Assembly (NCBI GenBank): GCA_963714015.1 | Contig: OY970223.1 | Span: forward strand, 2,752,001 to 2,816,000 | Length of the DNA: 64,000 bases | Reading direction: 5' to 3' | Source: Vulcanimicrobiota bacterium | GTDB taxonomy: Bacteria > Vulcanimicrobiota > Vulcanimicrobiia > Vulcanimicrobiales > Vulcanimicrobiaceae | Shown here: piece by piece, positions 20,939-30,354 of the stretch | How positions within the stretch are numbered: the stretch's first letter is position 1 | Layout: each line of letters opens with the position of its first letter | Notes under the pieces: generated by a model | Told to the model about the DNA's origin: nothing | What the model saw: the letters and a program-made list of their open reading frames with translations, nothing else | Databases searched by the model: none | Position numbers and translations under genes: made by a program

Positions 20939-21960
20939 CGTACAAGGTCGGTCTGGTTGGTTCCGGGTTCGGAGTACGCGCGCACTTGCCCGCGTATAAC
21001 GCTCATCCGCAATTCGAAGTCGTCGCCATCGCTTCGCCGCATAGCGCCGCCGGGATCGCCAAACAACGCGGAATCGCGTCTTTCACATCGTGCGCGGAAC
21101 TGCTGAGCGAGGCCGACGTCGATATCGTCGACGTCTCGGCGCCGCCGTTCACGCACCACCGCGACGTTCTCGACGCACTCGCTGCCGGTAAGCACGTCAT
21201 TTGCGAGAAGCCGTTTGCGCTCAACGTCGCTCAAGCGCAAGAGATGGCCGCAGCCGCGAGCGCTTCGGGCAAAGCCACGGCCGTCATGCACGAGTTCCGC
21301 TGGGTTCCGCAGCGAATGGCAATCAAGGAATTGATCGTCAACGAGCATCTTACGCCGCTGCGTGAGATAGAGATCGTTCAATTGAGCACGAATCTTCGCG
21401 CCGAAGATACCTCCCGACCGCGAGGATGGTGGTTCGAGCGTGAACGAGGCGGAGGTATGGCCGGCGCGCTGCTCTCACACGCGATCGACTGCGCCACCTG
21501 GTGGGCCGGACGGCCGCCCGTTCGCAGCACGGGGTATCTGCGCACCGCAAATCCGGAGCGCCGCGACAGTGAGGGTCAATTCACCAGCACGTCGGACGAC
21601 GGGGCATTCGCGCTGGTCGACTACGGCGACGGCCTCGTCGCGCGGCTTTGCGTCGATGGAACGGTTGCGGTCGAATCAGCGACGTACGCAGCGCACGCCG
21701 AAAATCGCACGGCGGTCGCGAGCGGACTCAGCGCAATCGATCTGCGCCTGTTCAGCGTCGATACCGACGAGACGGCGGAGTTGGAGTGCAAGCCCTCGCC
21801 CTACCAAAAGTTTGCGGCCGTCGATCCGCTGGTTCCCCTCGTCATGCAGCTGCTGGACGAATTCCTCAAGCAAATCGAAACCGGCGCCGGCGACGTACCG
21901 ACCTTCGCCGAAGCCGTCGAAACGCAAAAGGTTCTGGAATCGATCGGCTACGCGACGTAG
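20935..21960 (+). CDS. Gfo/Idh/MocA family NAD(P)-dependent oxidoreductase
   Basis: Own GAGGAG RBS and ATG; VGLVGSGFG, GKHVICEKPFA, GGGMAG. Confidence 0.88.
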   Translation: MTYKVGLVGSGFGVRAHLPAYNAHPQFEVVAIASPHSAAGIAKQRGIASFTSCAELLSEADVDIVDVSAPPFTHHRDVLDALAAGKHVICEKPFALNVAQAQEMAAAASASGKATAVMHEFRWVPQRMAIKELIVNEHLTPLREIEIVQLSTNLRAEDTSRPRGWWFERERGGGMAGALLSHAIDCATWWAGRPPVRSTGYLRTANPERRDSEGQFTSTSDDGAFALVDYGDGLVARLCVDGTVAVESATYAAHAENRTAVASGLSAIDLRLFSVDTDETAELECKPSPYQKFAAVDPLVPLVMQLLDEFLKQIETGAGDVPTFAEAVETQKVLESIGYAT

Positions 21961-21987
21961 CACGCGCGGCGCGTGCCGTCATCGCGG

Positions 21988-23661
21988 TTACGGATAAACG
22001 GGATCGTGAAGGGCCGCAGCCATTGCGCGATAGACGTCGAGCTCGCCGCAGCCTTGGTGATCGGCGTCGGGTGCTGAAGTCAGCAATGGACGAGCGCTCG
22101 CGCACAGCAGATTGCTGATTGTCGCCGGATCGTCGGGAACGCCTGCGCTCAAAAGCAGCGCTGCGGCTCCGGCGACGTGCGGTGCGGCCTGCGATGTCCC
22201 AATCAGCGACGCGCGGCAATCGATGAGGTTTCCATTGGGATCGGGCGTGCAGTTCGCGCCGCCCGATGCTGTAGAGGAGTAGATGTTTTCGACCCAATGG
22301 AGGTTGTCGACGTCACCGCAGTTCGCGCCTTCGAGTTCCATCACGCACGAATCTCCTCCGGGCGCGATCAAACCCCAAGAATGCGAGTTCGCATTGTAAT
22401 TTGAGTAAGAGGCAACCTTCAAAAAGACGTTCGCCGGATTGGCGTCGTCGATGGCTGAGGAGCCCACGGCAATGACACCCGGATCTGCCGCCGGATATGA
22501 GAGGGCCGGATTTCCGAGGCCCGTGCTGGAGTTCCCGTTGCCCGCCGCTGCGACGACGACGACCTTTTGCGCAATCGCATTCTCGACCGCAGTTTCTTCA
22601 TCGCCGGCCTGTTCGTCGGCGCCCAAGCTCATGTTGATGACTTTCGCCCCGTGGCTCACCGCGTCGGTTACTGCGACGGCAATGTCTGCACTCGAGGCGG
22701 AACATTCGCCGTTCTGGCACGGCGGGTTGGGAAACACTTTGAAGATCATCAACGGTGCGTTGTATGCAACCCCCGCAAAACCGATGCCGTTGTTGGCAGT
22801 CGCTGCCGCAATGCCGGTAACGTTCGTTCCATGCCCATCATCGTCGTGCATCGCGGCCGTTCCGGGCGTCACCACGTCGTTCAACACTTGCTCGGCGTAG
22901 ATGATGCGGCTTGCCGGTTGCAAATCGGGATGCGTCAAGTCCGCGCCGGTGTCGATAATGGCGATGGGGAAAGCAGCGCTGCCGCCGGCGGCTCCGGGAT
23001 GTGCGACGCCGGTGCCGTTGGACGGATCGGCATATCCCCATGCGTCCGGCGCACAGATCACGTGCAGATCCCACTGCCCTTCCGAGCTGGGATTCTCGTA
23101 AAGCGGCGGCTCGTTCGAAGGCGCGAAACCGAGCTCGTACGGATCTTGCGTAAAGGCCGGACTGGAAGATTCCAGGTGCCGGTAGACGGATTGTCCGGCC
23201 GAGAGCACGTCGGGATCCCGTTCGAACTGTGCAATGGCCGCTGTTTCGGAACCCGCCGCAACGCGAACGAATCGCATGACCTCATCCAGAGCCCGAAAAT
23301 CCAACGCCCCCGCCGGCAGCGAGCCTTTCATACGCGTCAAGTAACCGCGCCGCTCGTACGTGACGAAAATGGAACCGGGAACGAATCCGCGATCGTGAGG
23401 CGCTGCCAAACGGCGCGTAATTAGCCGCGCGCCGAATGCGGCTGAGCGGTAGCGCGACTGGGCGGTCGGATTGCTTTCGCCGTCGCAGTTTATTGCCGAG
23501 GACGCAATTGCCGGTGCCACCGCGATCGCCGGCTGCGGCGTTCCGGCCGGAACGCTTATGGATGCAGGGACGTTTGAGCTGCCTCCGCCGCCGCATCCTG
23601 CCGCTGCAAGCAGAGCGATCAATGCCGCCCCGCGACCTGCACCGGTTCCGCGCCGTTTCAC
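21988..23661 (-). CDS. S8 subtilisin-like serine peptidase lipoprotein (paralogue 1)
   Basis: AAGC-GGGG lipobox; IIDTG, DGHGT, AAAGN and GTSQAAPHVAG catalytic motifs. Confidence 0.92.
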   Translation of the reverse strand: MKRRGTGAGRGAALIALLAAAGCGGGGSSNVPASISVPAGTPQPAIAVAPAIASSAINCDGESNPTAQSRYRSAAFGARLITRRLAAPHDRGFVPGSIFVTYERRGYLTRMKGSLPAGALDFRALDEVMRFVRVAAGSETAAIAQFERDPDVLSAGQSVYRHLESSSPAFTQDPYELGFAPSNEPPLYENPSSEGQWDLHVICAPDAWGYADPSNGTGVAHPGAAGGSAAFPIAIIDTGADLTHPDLQPASRIIYAEQVLNDVVTPGTAAMHDDDGHGTNVTGIAAATANNGIGFAGVAYNAPLMIFKVFPNPPCQNGECSASSADIAVAVTDAVSHGAKVINMSLGADEQAGDEETAVENAIAQKVVVVAAAGNGNSSTGLGNPALSYPAADPGVIAVGSSAIDDANPANVFLKVASYSNYNANSHSWGLIAPGGDSCVMELEGANCGDVDNLHWVENIYSSTASGGANCTPDPNGNLIDCRASLIGTSQAAPHVAGAAALLLSAGVPDDPATISNLLCASARPLLTSAPDADHQGCGELDVYRAMAAALHDPVYP

Positions 23662-23832
23662 GTTTTCGTACGTCTCCCAAAGCAAATGGCAACGTGAAAC
23701 TGACCGGCAGCTCGCGCCGCCGGATCAGCGGCTCCGCCGGCTGAGTAGCATGCGAAAGGGCGGAGGCCGTTACGGCTCTTTCCCGCCCTGAAGCTCTAGA
23801 AGGTTAGGACTGACGTACCTATGTGGCGTGAC

Positions 23833-25497
23833 TTACGGGTAGCTGGTATCTCCCAGCGTTTCCGCCATCGCGTGATAGACGTTGAGCTCGCCGCAGCCTT
23901 GATGTGACGCGTTCGTGTCCGATTGCTGAATGACCGTCGCCGAATTGCAGATAAGGCTCTGCATTGCGCTGGGGCTCTGTTGTGCGCCGGCGCTGAGCAG
24001 CAAAGCCACCGCGCCGGAAACATGCGGCGTTGCCTGCGAGGTCCCGATGATCAAGATGCGACAGTCGACTGTCGAGTTCTGGCTCTGAAAGTCGGGCGTG
24101 CACGAACCGGGCTGAGAGGCCGTGCTGGAGTAAATATTTTCGATCCAGTGCAGATCGTCGGTATCGGCGCAGTTCGTGCTGGACGGCGTGTTCGGACAGG
24201 CGTCGCCGCCGGGCGCAACTACGCCCCAGCTATTCGAATTCGGTTCGTAGTTCGAATACGAGGCGACCTTGAGATTTGGGCTGGACGCATTCGTGTCGTC
24301 GATCGCTGAAGCGCCGACGGCGATGACGCCCGGATCCGCTGCGGGGTAGTCCAGAGTCGGCTGGGCAATGCCGGTATTCGAATCGCCATTACCCGCCGCA
24401 GCCACTACCACGACGTTTGCCGCGATCGCATTGGCGACCGCACTTTCCTCATCGCCTGCAGCCGAGCTGCCGCCCAAGCTGAGGTTAATGACGTTGGCCC
24501 CGTTCGTCACCGCGTCGTTTATTGCGGTCGCGATATCGGATGTTGAAGCGGTACATCCGCCGCTGCCGCATTGCGACGGATCCTGGAAGACTTTGAAAAT
24601 CATGAGCGACGCATTGTAAGCAACCCCGGCAAAGCCTAGTCCATTGTTGCCCGTTGCGGCGGCGATTCCGGCGACGTCCGTTCCGTGACCGTCGTCGTCG
24701 TGCATCGACGCAATACCCGTCGTCACCTGACCGTTCACGACTTGCTCTGCAAACGCAATGCGGCTTGAAGCCGGTTGAAGCTCGGGATGGGTGAGGTCGG
24801 CGCCGGTATCGACAATCGCGATCTTTATGCCGGCACTTCCTCCGGCAGCCGCCGGCTGCGCGGTGCCCGTACTATTCGACGCGCTGGAATAGCCCCACGC
24901 GTCGGGTGCGCATACCACGTGGAGATCCCACTGGCCCGGCGTGCTCGCGCCTTCGTACAGCGGCGGCACGTTGTCGGGAGAAAATCCGACGGCGTACGGA
25001 TCGTTGGTATAGACGGGCGTTGCCGAGTCCAGATGACGGTACGCCGAACGGCCCACCGACAACACACCCGGAGACGTCCGCAGCGATGCCATCGCGGAAG
25101 CTTCCGTTCCGGGACGCACGTGAAGAATTTGAACCACTTTGCCGATGTGCGCAAAGTCCAGTTCCTTGACGACTTGTCCGCCGTAGCGTGCAGCGCTCCG
25201 CGTCAAGACCGCGCGCTTGGCTTGATAGAGCGCCCGATCGTAGGTGACCGTGATTGCGCCGGGTATGTAGCCGGATTCGAGCGCCGAAATTCGCGCGCGC
25301 CCGCGGCGCGCCGTCCTCATCTCGAAATTCGCCGCCAAACGCGCCTGCGGGGCGGTTGGATTTGACTGGTTGCAGAGAATGCCCACGGAGCCCGGAGGAG
25401 GGGTCGGCGTAACGTTGGTGCTTCCGCCGCAGGCCGAAAGAGCCGCAGTTGCTCCCATCATCGCAAGCACTTGAAACCCGAGTCTATGTCCGATCAT
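23833..25497 (-). CDS. S8 subtilisin-like serine peptidase lipoprotein (paralogue 2)
   Basis: LSAC-GG lipobox; IVDTG, DGHGT, GTSQATPHVSG; GGGAG RBS. Confidence 0.92.
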   Translation of the reverse strand: MIGHRLGFQVLAMMGATAALSACGGSTNVTPTPPPGSVGILCNQSNPTAPQARLAANFEMRTARRGRARISALESGYIPGAITVTYDRALYQAKRAVLTRSAARYGGQVVKELDFAHIGKVVQILHVRPGTEASAMASLRTSPGVLSVGRSAYRHLDSATPVYTNDPYAVGFSPDNVPPLYEGASTPGQWDLHVVCAPDAWGYSSASNSTGTAQPAAAGGSAGIKIAIVDTGADLTHPELQPASSRIAFAEQVVNGQVTTGIASMHDDDGHGTDVAGIAAATGNNGLGFAGVAYNASLMIFKVFQDPSQCGSGGCTASTSDIATAINDAVTNGANVINLSLGGSSAAGDEESAVANAIAANVVVVAAAGNGDSNTGIAQPTLDYPAADPGVIAVGASAIDDTNASSPNLKVASYSNYEPNSNSWGVVAPGGDACPNTPSSTNCADTDDLHWIENIYSSTASQPGSCTPDFQSQNSTVDCRILIIGTSQATPHVSGAVALLLSAGAQQSPSAMQSLICNSATVIQQSDTNASHQGCGELNVYHAMAETLGDTSYP

Positions 25498-25514
25498 CCG
25501 GGATTCTCCCAAAT

Positions 25515-25548
25515 AAGAAAGTGGCCGACAGGCATCGGCCACCTTCTT
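25515..25548 (-). terminator. Hairpin/probable terminator between S8 paralogues 3 and 2
   Basis: Minus strand AAGAAGGTGGCCGA-TGCCTG-TCGGCCACTTTCTT followed by ATTT. Confidence 0.6.
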
Positions 25549-25599
25549 GTTCGTCACGCGGGCTACTGACCCGCTAGGCACGGTTAAGAACGCGTGAGA

Positions 25600-27187
25600 T
25601 TACTGAGTCATTGCGTAGTTGACCGCGTTTGCGGCGTCGACTCTGCCGCAACCGGCCTTCGGATCGGGACTCGAGACGCTGGGTATCTTGTCTGCGGTCG
25701 AGCAGAGTCCGGTTACAACCTGAGCTGGGGTGAGGTTTGGATTGATGCTGAGCATGAGCGAAACGACGCCCGCGACATGCGGAGTTGATTGCGACGTTCC
25801 TTCGTAGAGCGCCTCGCAGTCGGTTTGTAGTGCCTGGTCTTCGCCGCAGTACGGATCGTTTGCAATCTCGCTTGACGTAATGTTCGCAATCCAGTGCAGA
25901 TTGTCGGAATCGCCGTTTCCGGAGATGTTGCCGCCGGGGGCGACGAGGTACGTTCCGCCGTCACTCCGCGGCGTCGTCGTGTAGTCGGAATAGGCTGACG
26001 CGAAGACTTCCGTAGGCGGATTAGTAGCGTCGTTCAAACCAGACGCTCCGACCGCAACCACTCCGGGATATGCGGCAGGACAGCCCAAGTTACCCTGACC
26101 GTCGTTGCCCGCAGCAGCAACGACCACGACGCCGGCCTTGATCGCGTTTTCGACCGCCGTTTCTTCAATTTGGTCTTGGCATTGCGAGAGCGGACCGGTT
26201 GCACCGAGACTGAGATTGATGACTTTTGCACTGTTCGCCACGGCGTCGTTGATCGCGCTTACCTCGTCGACGTCGGTGGACTGGCACTGTGCCGGCGGAT
26301 TCGAAACTTCGCAGCCGCTACTCGGATCGGTCGGAAATATGCGATAGGCCAGGAGCGGCGCATCCCAAGCGACGCCGGCAAACCCGAAGCCGTTGCCCGT
26401 ATCAGCATCAGCGATACCGGCAACGTTCGTACCGTGACCGTCGGTGTCGGTAACGTACGGGCCGGTCGTCTGCGGATTGTTGCTCGGATACGTGACGAAG
26501 CACTCGGTGCGGACAATCTTTCCGCCGCTCAAGTCCTGCAGCGTCACGTCGACGCCGGTATCGATCACGGCGATCGGCGCGCCGATGATGGGTGCGCTCG
26601 GGAAGAGGTTCCATGCACCCTGCACGTTCATCGCATGCAAGTCCCATTGACCGAGCAGGCTGCTCGTTTCCCAATAGGGACTGCTCGTACCGGGCAGGCC
26701 GGCATAGAACGGGTCATTGGCTATGTTGTTGGACAACCGGTGCCGGTACTGCGCTTGCTCGACGGATTTCACACCCGCGGTTTGGCGAAGATGCGCGATC
26801 GCTGCTGATTCTCGCGAAGGATCCACCGCGAAGGTGCGCGAGCGCAACCCGAGACCGTTGAACTGAACTTCCGGCCGCGTCTGCAGCGCATACGAAGCCG
26901 CGGCGCGTTCTATCGAATCGCTCGACGCGTCGCTTGCGTACGTTACGGTAATCAAGCCCGGCACATAGCGGGCGGTCTTAGCAACCAGCGTCGTGGCGCC
27001 ATGGCGCGAAATACCGGCCGCGCGCCGGTTCAAGCTGGAAGGAGAACTGCCCGTCGTCGGACAGGCGTCCGGATTGGGAGTCGGCGTCGCAGTGGGCGTC
27101 GGAGTGGGGCTGCCGCCTCCGCCGCACGCCGACAGCACCAGCGAACCGAGGAGCAATACGAGACAAAAATCGAGAGGGACGCTTCAC
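25600..27187 (-). CDS. S8 subtilisin-like serine peptidase lipoprotein (paralogue 3; frameshift near 27165 in the signal peptide)
   Basis: AAGGA RBS and GTG at 27187 (VKRPSRF), then LLLGSLVLSACGGGG in another frame; VIDTG, DGHGT, GTSQSTPHVAG. Confidence 0.88.
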
Positions 27188-27231
27188 AGTCAGTTCCTTT
27201 TACCTTGCAAGGGGTTAGAACGAAAACGCTA

Positions 27232-28480
27232 TTAGTCGATCAAATGTTTCCACAGCAAGGCTAGGCTTGCCGTCCGGGCGCGGCCTTGCACGGCCGCCCG
27301 GTCGCCGGGAAGGGTCATTCGAACCGCCCGGCCCACGCCCTCGCCCGCTAGACCGACGTAGACTAGGCCGACGGGTTTCTCTATACTTCCTCCGTCCGGG
27401 CCCGCAATACCCGTTGTCGCCAGACCCAGAGCGGCCCCAAGCCGCTGCCGGGCACCCTCGGCCATTTCGATTGCGGTCTGCTCGCTCACAGCGCCGTGGC
27501 TTGAGAGCGTCTCATCCTTCACCCCGAGCATTCCCATCTTTATGCGGTTGTCGTATGCGACGATGCCGCCGACGAAGCTCTTGGACGATCCGGGAACGGA
27601 CGTCAGCGCTGCGCAGATCGCCCCGCCGGTACATGACTCGGCGACCGCCAGGGTACGGCGCGATTCTTGAAGCAGCGCGTGAATGGCGCCCGGCAACGTC
27701 TGATCGTCGACCCCATAGACGTGTCCGCTGAGCCGGCGAACGATCTCGTGCTCGACCGGCGCGATCATTGCCCGCGCTTCTTCTTCGGACGAAGCCTTCG
27801 CCATAATCTTGACGTCGCAGCGGAAGTCGTGGGCAAGCACGGCGATCTTCGGATTTTCGAGCGAGCGGAATAATTCGTCGATGCGCCGATCGATCTCCGA
27901 TTCACCGATTCTTACGGTATGCAGAACGCGCGTATGAATCGCTTCGGTGAGCGCGAACCGCCCTCGCAGCCACGGCACCAAACGATCCGCCAGCATCGGC
28001 TGCATCTCGCGCGGCACACCCGGCATACTCGCGATGAATTTTTCGTTCCGCCCGAGGGCGATAAATCCGGGGGCAGTACCGTGTGGATTCTCCATCACGA
28101 TCGATCCCGCCGGCAGCATCGCTTGGCGGACGTTGTTTTCGGGCATGTCGTAGCCGAAGTGCTTGAACCGTTCGCGCATCGCTGCAAGCGACGGCTCGTG
28201 CAGTTCCGCCGTTAGGGCGAGCGCATCGCAGACCGCTTCTTTCGTGAGATCGTCGATTGTCGGTCCGAGTCCGCCCGTCGTGATTATCCCTCCGGCGCGG
28301 TCGAGTGCCGCGCGCAGCACGTTCGCAATACGTTGGCGATTATCACCGACGGCGTGCGTTCCGTACACGTCCATTCCGATCGAAGACAAAACGCTCGCGA
28401 TGTGCGGTGTATTCGTATCCACGAGCTGCCCGAGCAGCAGCTCCCGTTCCGATTGCAACGATCTCGACGCTGGCGCTCAT
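27232..28480 (-). CDS. cinA: Competence/damage-inducible protein A (MCF domain plus PncC NMN deamidase); frameshift near 28444
   Basis: MSASVEIVAIGT/ELLLGQ, GGLGPT, AESCTGG, TTGIAGPDGG. Confidence 0.92.
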
Positions 28481-28482
28481 TG

Positions 28483-29346
28483 CTAAAAGTCGACGGGCCG
28501 CAAGTAAAATTCGTTGATCGCGGTGTTGGTGAGCATCGCCGTCGTCGGGAGATGACGCTTCCAGTGCGTGCCGTCCAAACGACGGCGCACGAGTTCCACG
28601 TCGGCACGTACGAACCCGCGCTCGACGAGCTGCGCGTCGGAATAGCCTTCGAGCATTCGCGCTAAGATTGCGTCAGCTTTTGCGTACGTGATCCCCAAAT
28701 CGCCCTCGTCGGTTTGTCCCGCTTCGAGATCGGCACTGGGCGCCTTGTCTATGAGCGGCGCAGGCACGCCCAGGTGTCTTGCCAGCCCCCACACCTGCGT
28801 CTTGTACAAATCGCCTATGGGATTGACCGGGGGCGTGTCGTCGGCGTGCCAAGTGAAGTATCCCAGCAGCCGCTCCGTCTTATTCCCGGTTCCAATCGGC
28901 AGCGCGTTATATTTTGCCGATTGATCGAATAGCACCACCATGCGAACTCGCGCCATGACGTTGCCGCGCCGCCGCGCATTTGCATCCGGTTCGTATTGCA
29001 AATAGCCCTCAACCGCGGCCGTAATCTCGATCGTCTCCTCCTGAATACCCAGCGCCTCGACCACCAGTCGCGCGTCTTCCAAACTGGCCGCGCTCGAGGT
29101 TGCGTACGGCATCCGGATCGCATGCACGTTTTTCGGACCGAGCGCCCGGGCGCACAAAAAAGCCGTCACAGCCGAATCGACGCCTCCCGAGACTCCGATC
29201 ACGGCGCGCCGAATATTCCGGCGCCCGATCAGTTCGTCTTGCAGAAACGCAATCAGCCACTCGGCAGTCACCGTTGGGTTGACGTGCGGCGGCCGGGTAA
29301 AGCTGTCGGCCGGTTCATGGATGACCGGCAGCACACGTCTCTCCAA
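28483..29346 (-). CDS. nadE: NAD+ synthetase (synthetase domain only)
   Basis: GVSGGVDSAV, GNVMARVRM, GTGNKTE, DLYKTQV, PSADL. Confidence 0.93.
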   Translation of the reverse strand: MERRVLPVIHEPADSFTRPPHVNPTVTAEWLIAFLQDELIGRRNIRRAVIGVSGGVDSAVTAFLCARALGPKNVHAIRMPYATSSAASLEDARLVVEALGIQEETIEITAAVEGYLQYEPDANARRRGNVMARVRMVVLFDQSAKYNALPIGTGNKTERLLGYFTWHADDTPPVNPIGDLYKTQVWGLARHLGVPAPLIDKAPSADLEAGQTDEGDLGITYAKADAILARMLEGYSDAQLVERGFVRADVELVRRRLDGTHWKRHLPTTAMLTNTAINEFYLRPVDF

Positions 29347-29414
29347 TCACCTCGGGCCGTTTCTCAATCGAACGATGCGGCGATTTCAGCATTTTTATTT
29401 CGCGGGGTCTACTG

Positions 29415-29861
29415 TTAGTGACAATTGGCCGAAAGCAATCGGCGAATAGAACCATCTTTTTTCTGATCCGAAAGATAAAGCTTATCCAGGGAATCGGCGG
29501 TTACATCGAGAGATTCCGCCTTTGCGACTTCCTCTTCTGCATAACGAAACATCACGCACGCCTGCGGACGCTCCCGAACCTTCAGGTATGCATCGCCGGA
29601 GAATGTCGCAAACTTCGCGGCATCGAGCAAATCTTCGACTCTCGAGTCCATGAAGTGATGCGGCGAATCGGCGCATTCCGCGACCCTCGAAGACACTATA
29701 CGATACATATCGGCGGTATCGGACAAAGGAGGCGGCGTCCGGGATGGATAGTATCCATCAATTTCAATATGTTTCAGCGTCGACATTATCAAGGTACGGT
29801 TGCAGCGCGGGGACGCACTGGGAGTTGACACCAGGACCGAGAAAACTGCAGCAGCGAACAC
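29415..29861 (-). CDS. Hypothetical Cys-containing, probably secreted protein
   Basis: Hydrophobic N-terminus, four Cys, locally lower GC; start uncertain. Confidence 0.55.
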   Translation of the reverse strand: MFAAAVFSVLVSTPSASPRCNRTLIMSTLKHIEIDGYYPSRTPPPLSDTADMYRIVSSRVAECADSPHHFMDSRVEDLLDAAKFATFSGDAYLKVRERPQACVMFRYAEEEVAKAESLDVTADSLDKLYLSDQKKDGSIRRLLSANCH

Positions 29862-29881
29862 GGAAATATTCCTAGCGCAGG

Positions 29882-30302
29882 CTAACGGCTGAGCATTTCT
29901 TGCGCCTTCGCGGCGCTAAGACCAATGCTCTCGAGAACAGCAGCATCCATTGCACCCCCTCCGGCGTAGAGAACGGTATAACTGTAACAGACTTTGACAC
30001 TGCGACGTGTTGCCATAAAGCGCTACGGCGGTCCCGCTGGCGCCTCCGTTAATTGTATAACCCACGAGAATCGCCGAGGTAGACACGAGGCAGTGATGTC
30101 CGGCTGGGCAGAGGCTAATCTCGGAATAGCTATCCCCGTACGAAATCGTGTCCTTGGCGTTCACCGTCATAAATTGGCGGATCGCGCTTTGAAGCGCGGC
30201 AGGGGGAGGCCCGGTAACAGCTATCGCAGGGGTGAGTGGCGAAAAGACGAGCATGATGCAGGCGAGAATACAAATGGTGATTCGGGAGATGGAAAGTTTC
30301 AT
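29882..30302 (-). CDS. Hypothetical secreted protein (frameshift near 29990; corrected end YTVLYAGGGAMDAAVLESIGLSAAKAQEMLSR*)
   Basis: GGAAGGA RBS, signal peptide; the alternative frame gives a plausible C-terminus ending at TAG 29882-29884. Confidence 0.65.
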
Positions 30303-30354
30303 CGTTCCGTTCCTTCCAATGGCAGCATCTTAGATGCGATACGGCGACAAATCA

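Noticed and set aside
19648..21960. 770-aa aminotransferase-Gfo/Idh/MocA fusion protein
   Set aside because: Removing one base near 20908 restores a normal aminotransferase end (AVDVLEECL*) overlapping an ATG that has its own GAGGAG RBS; the junction peptide CRRRSRG looks out of frame.
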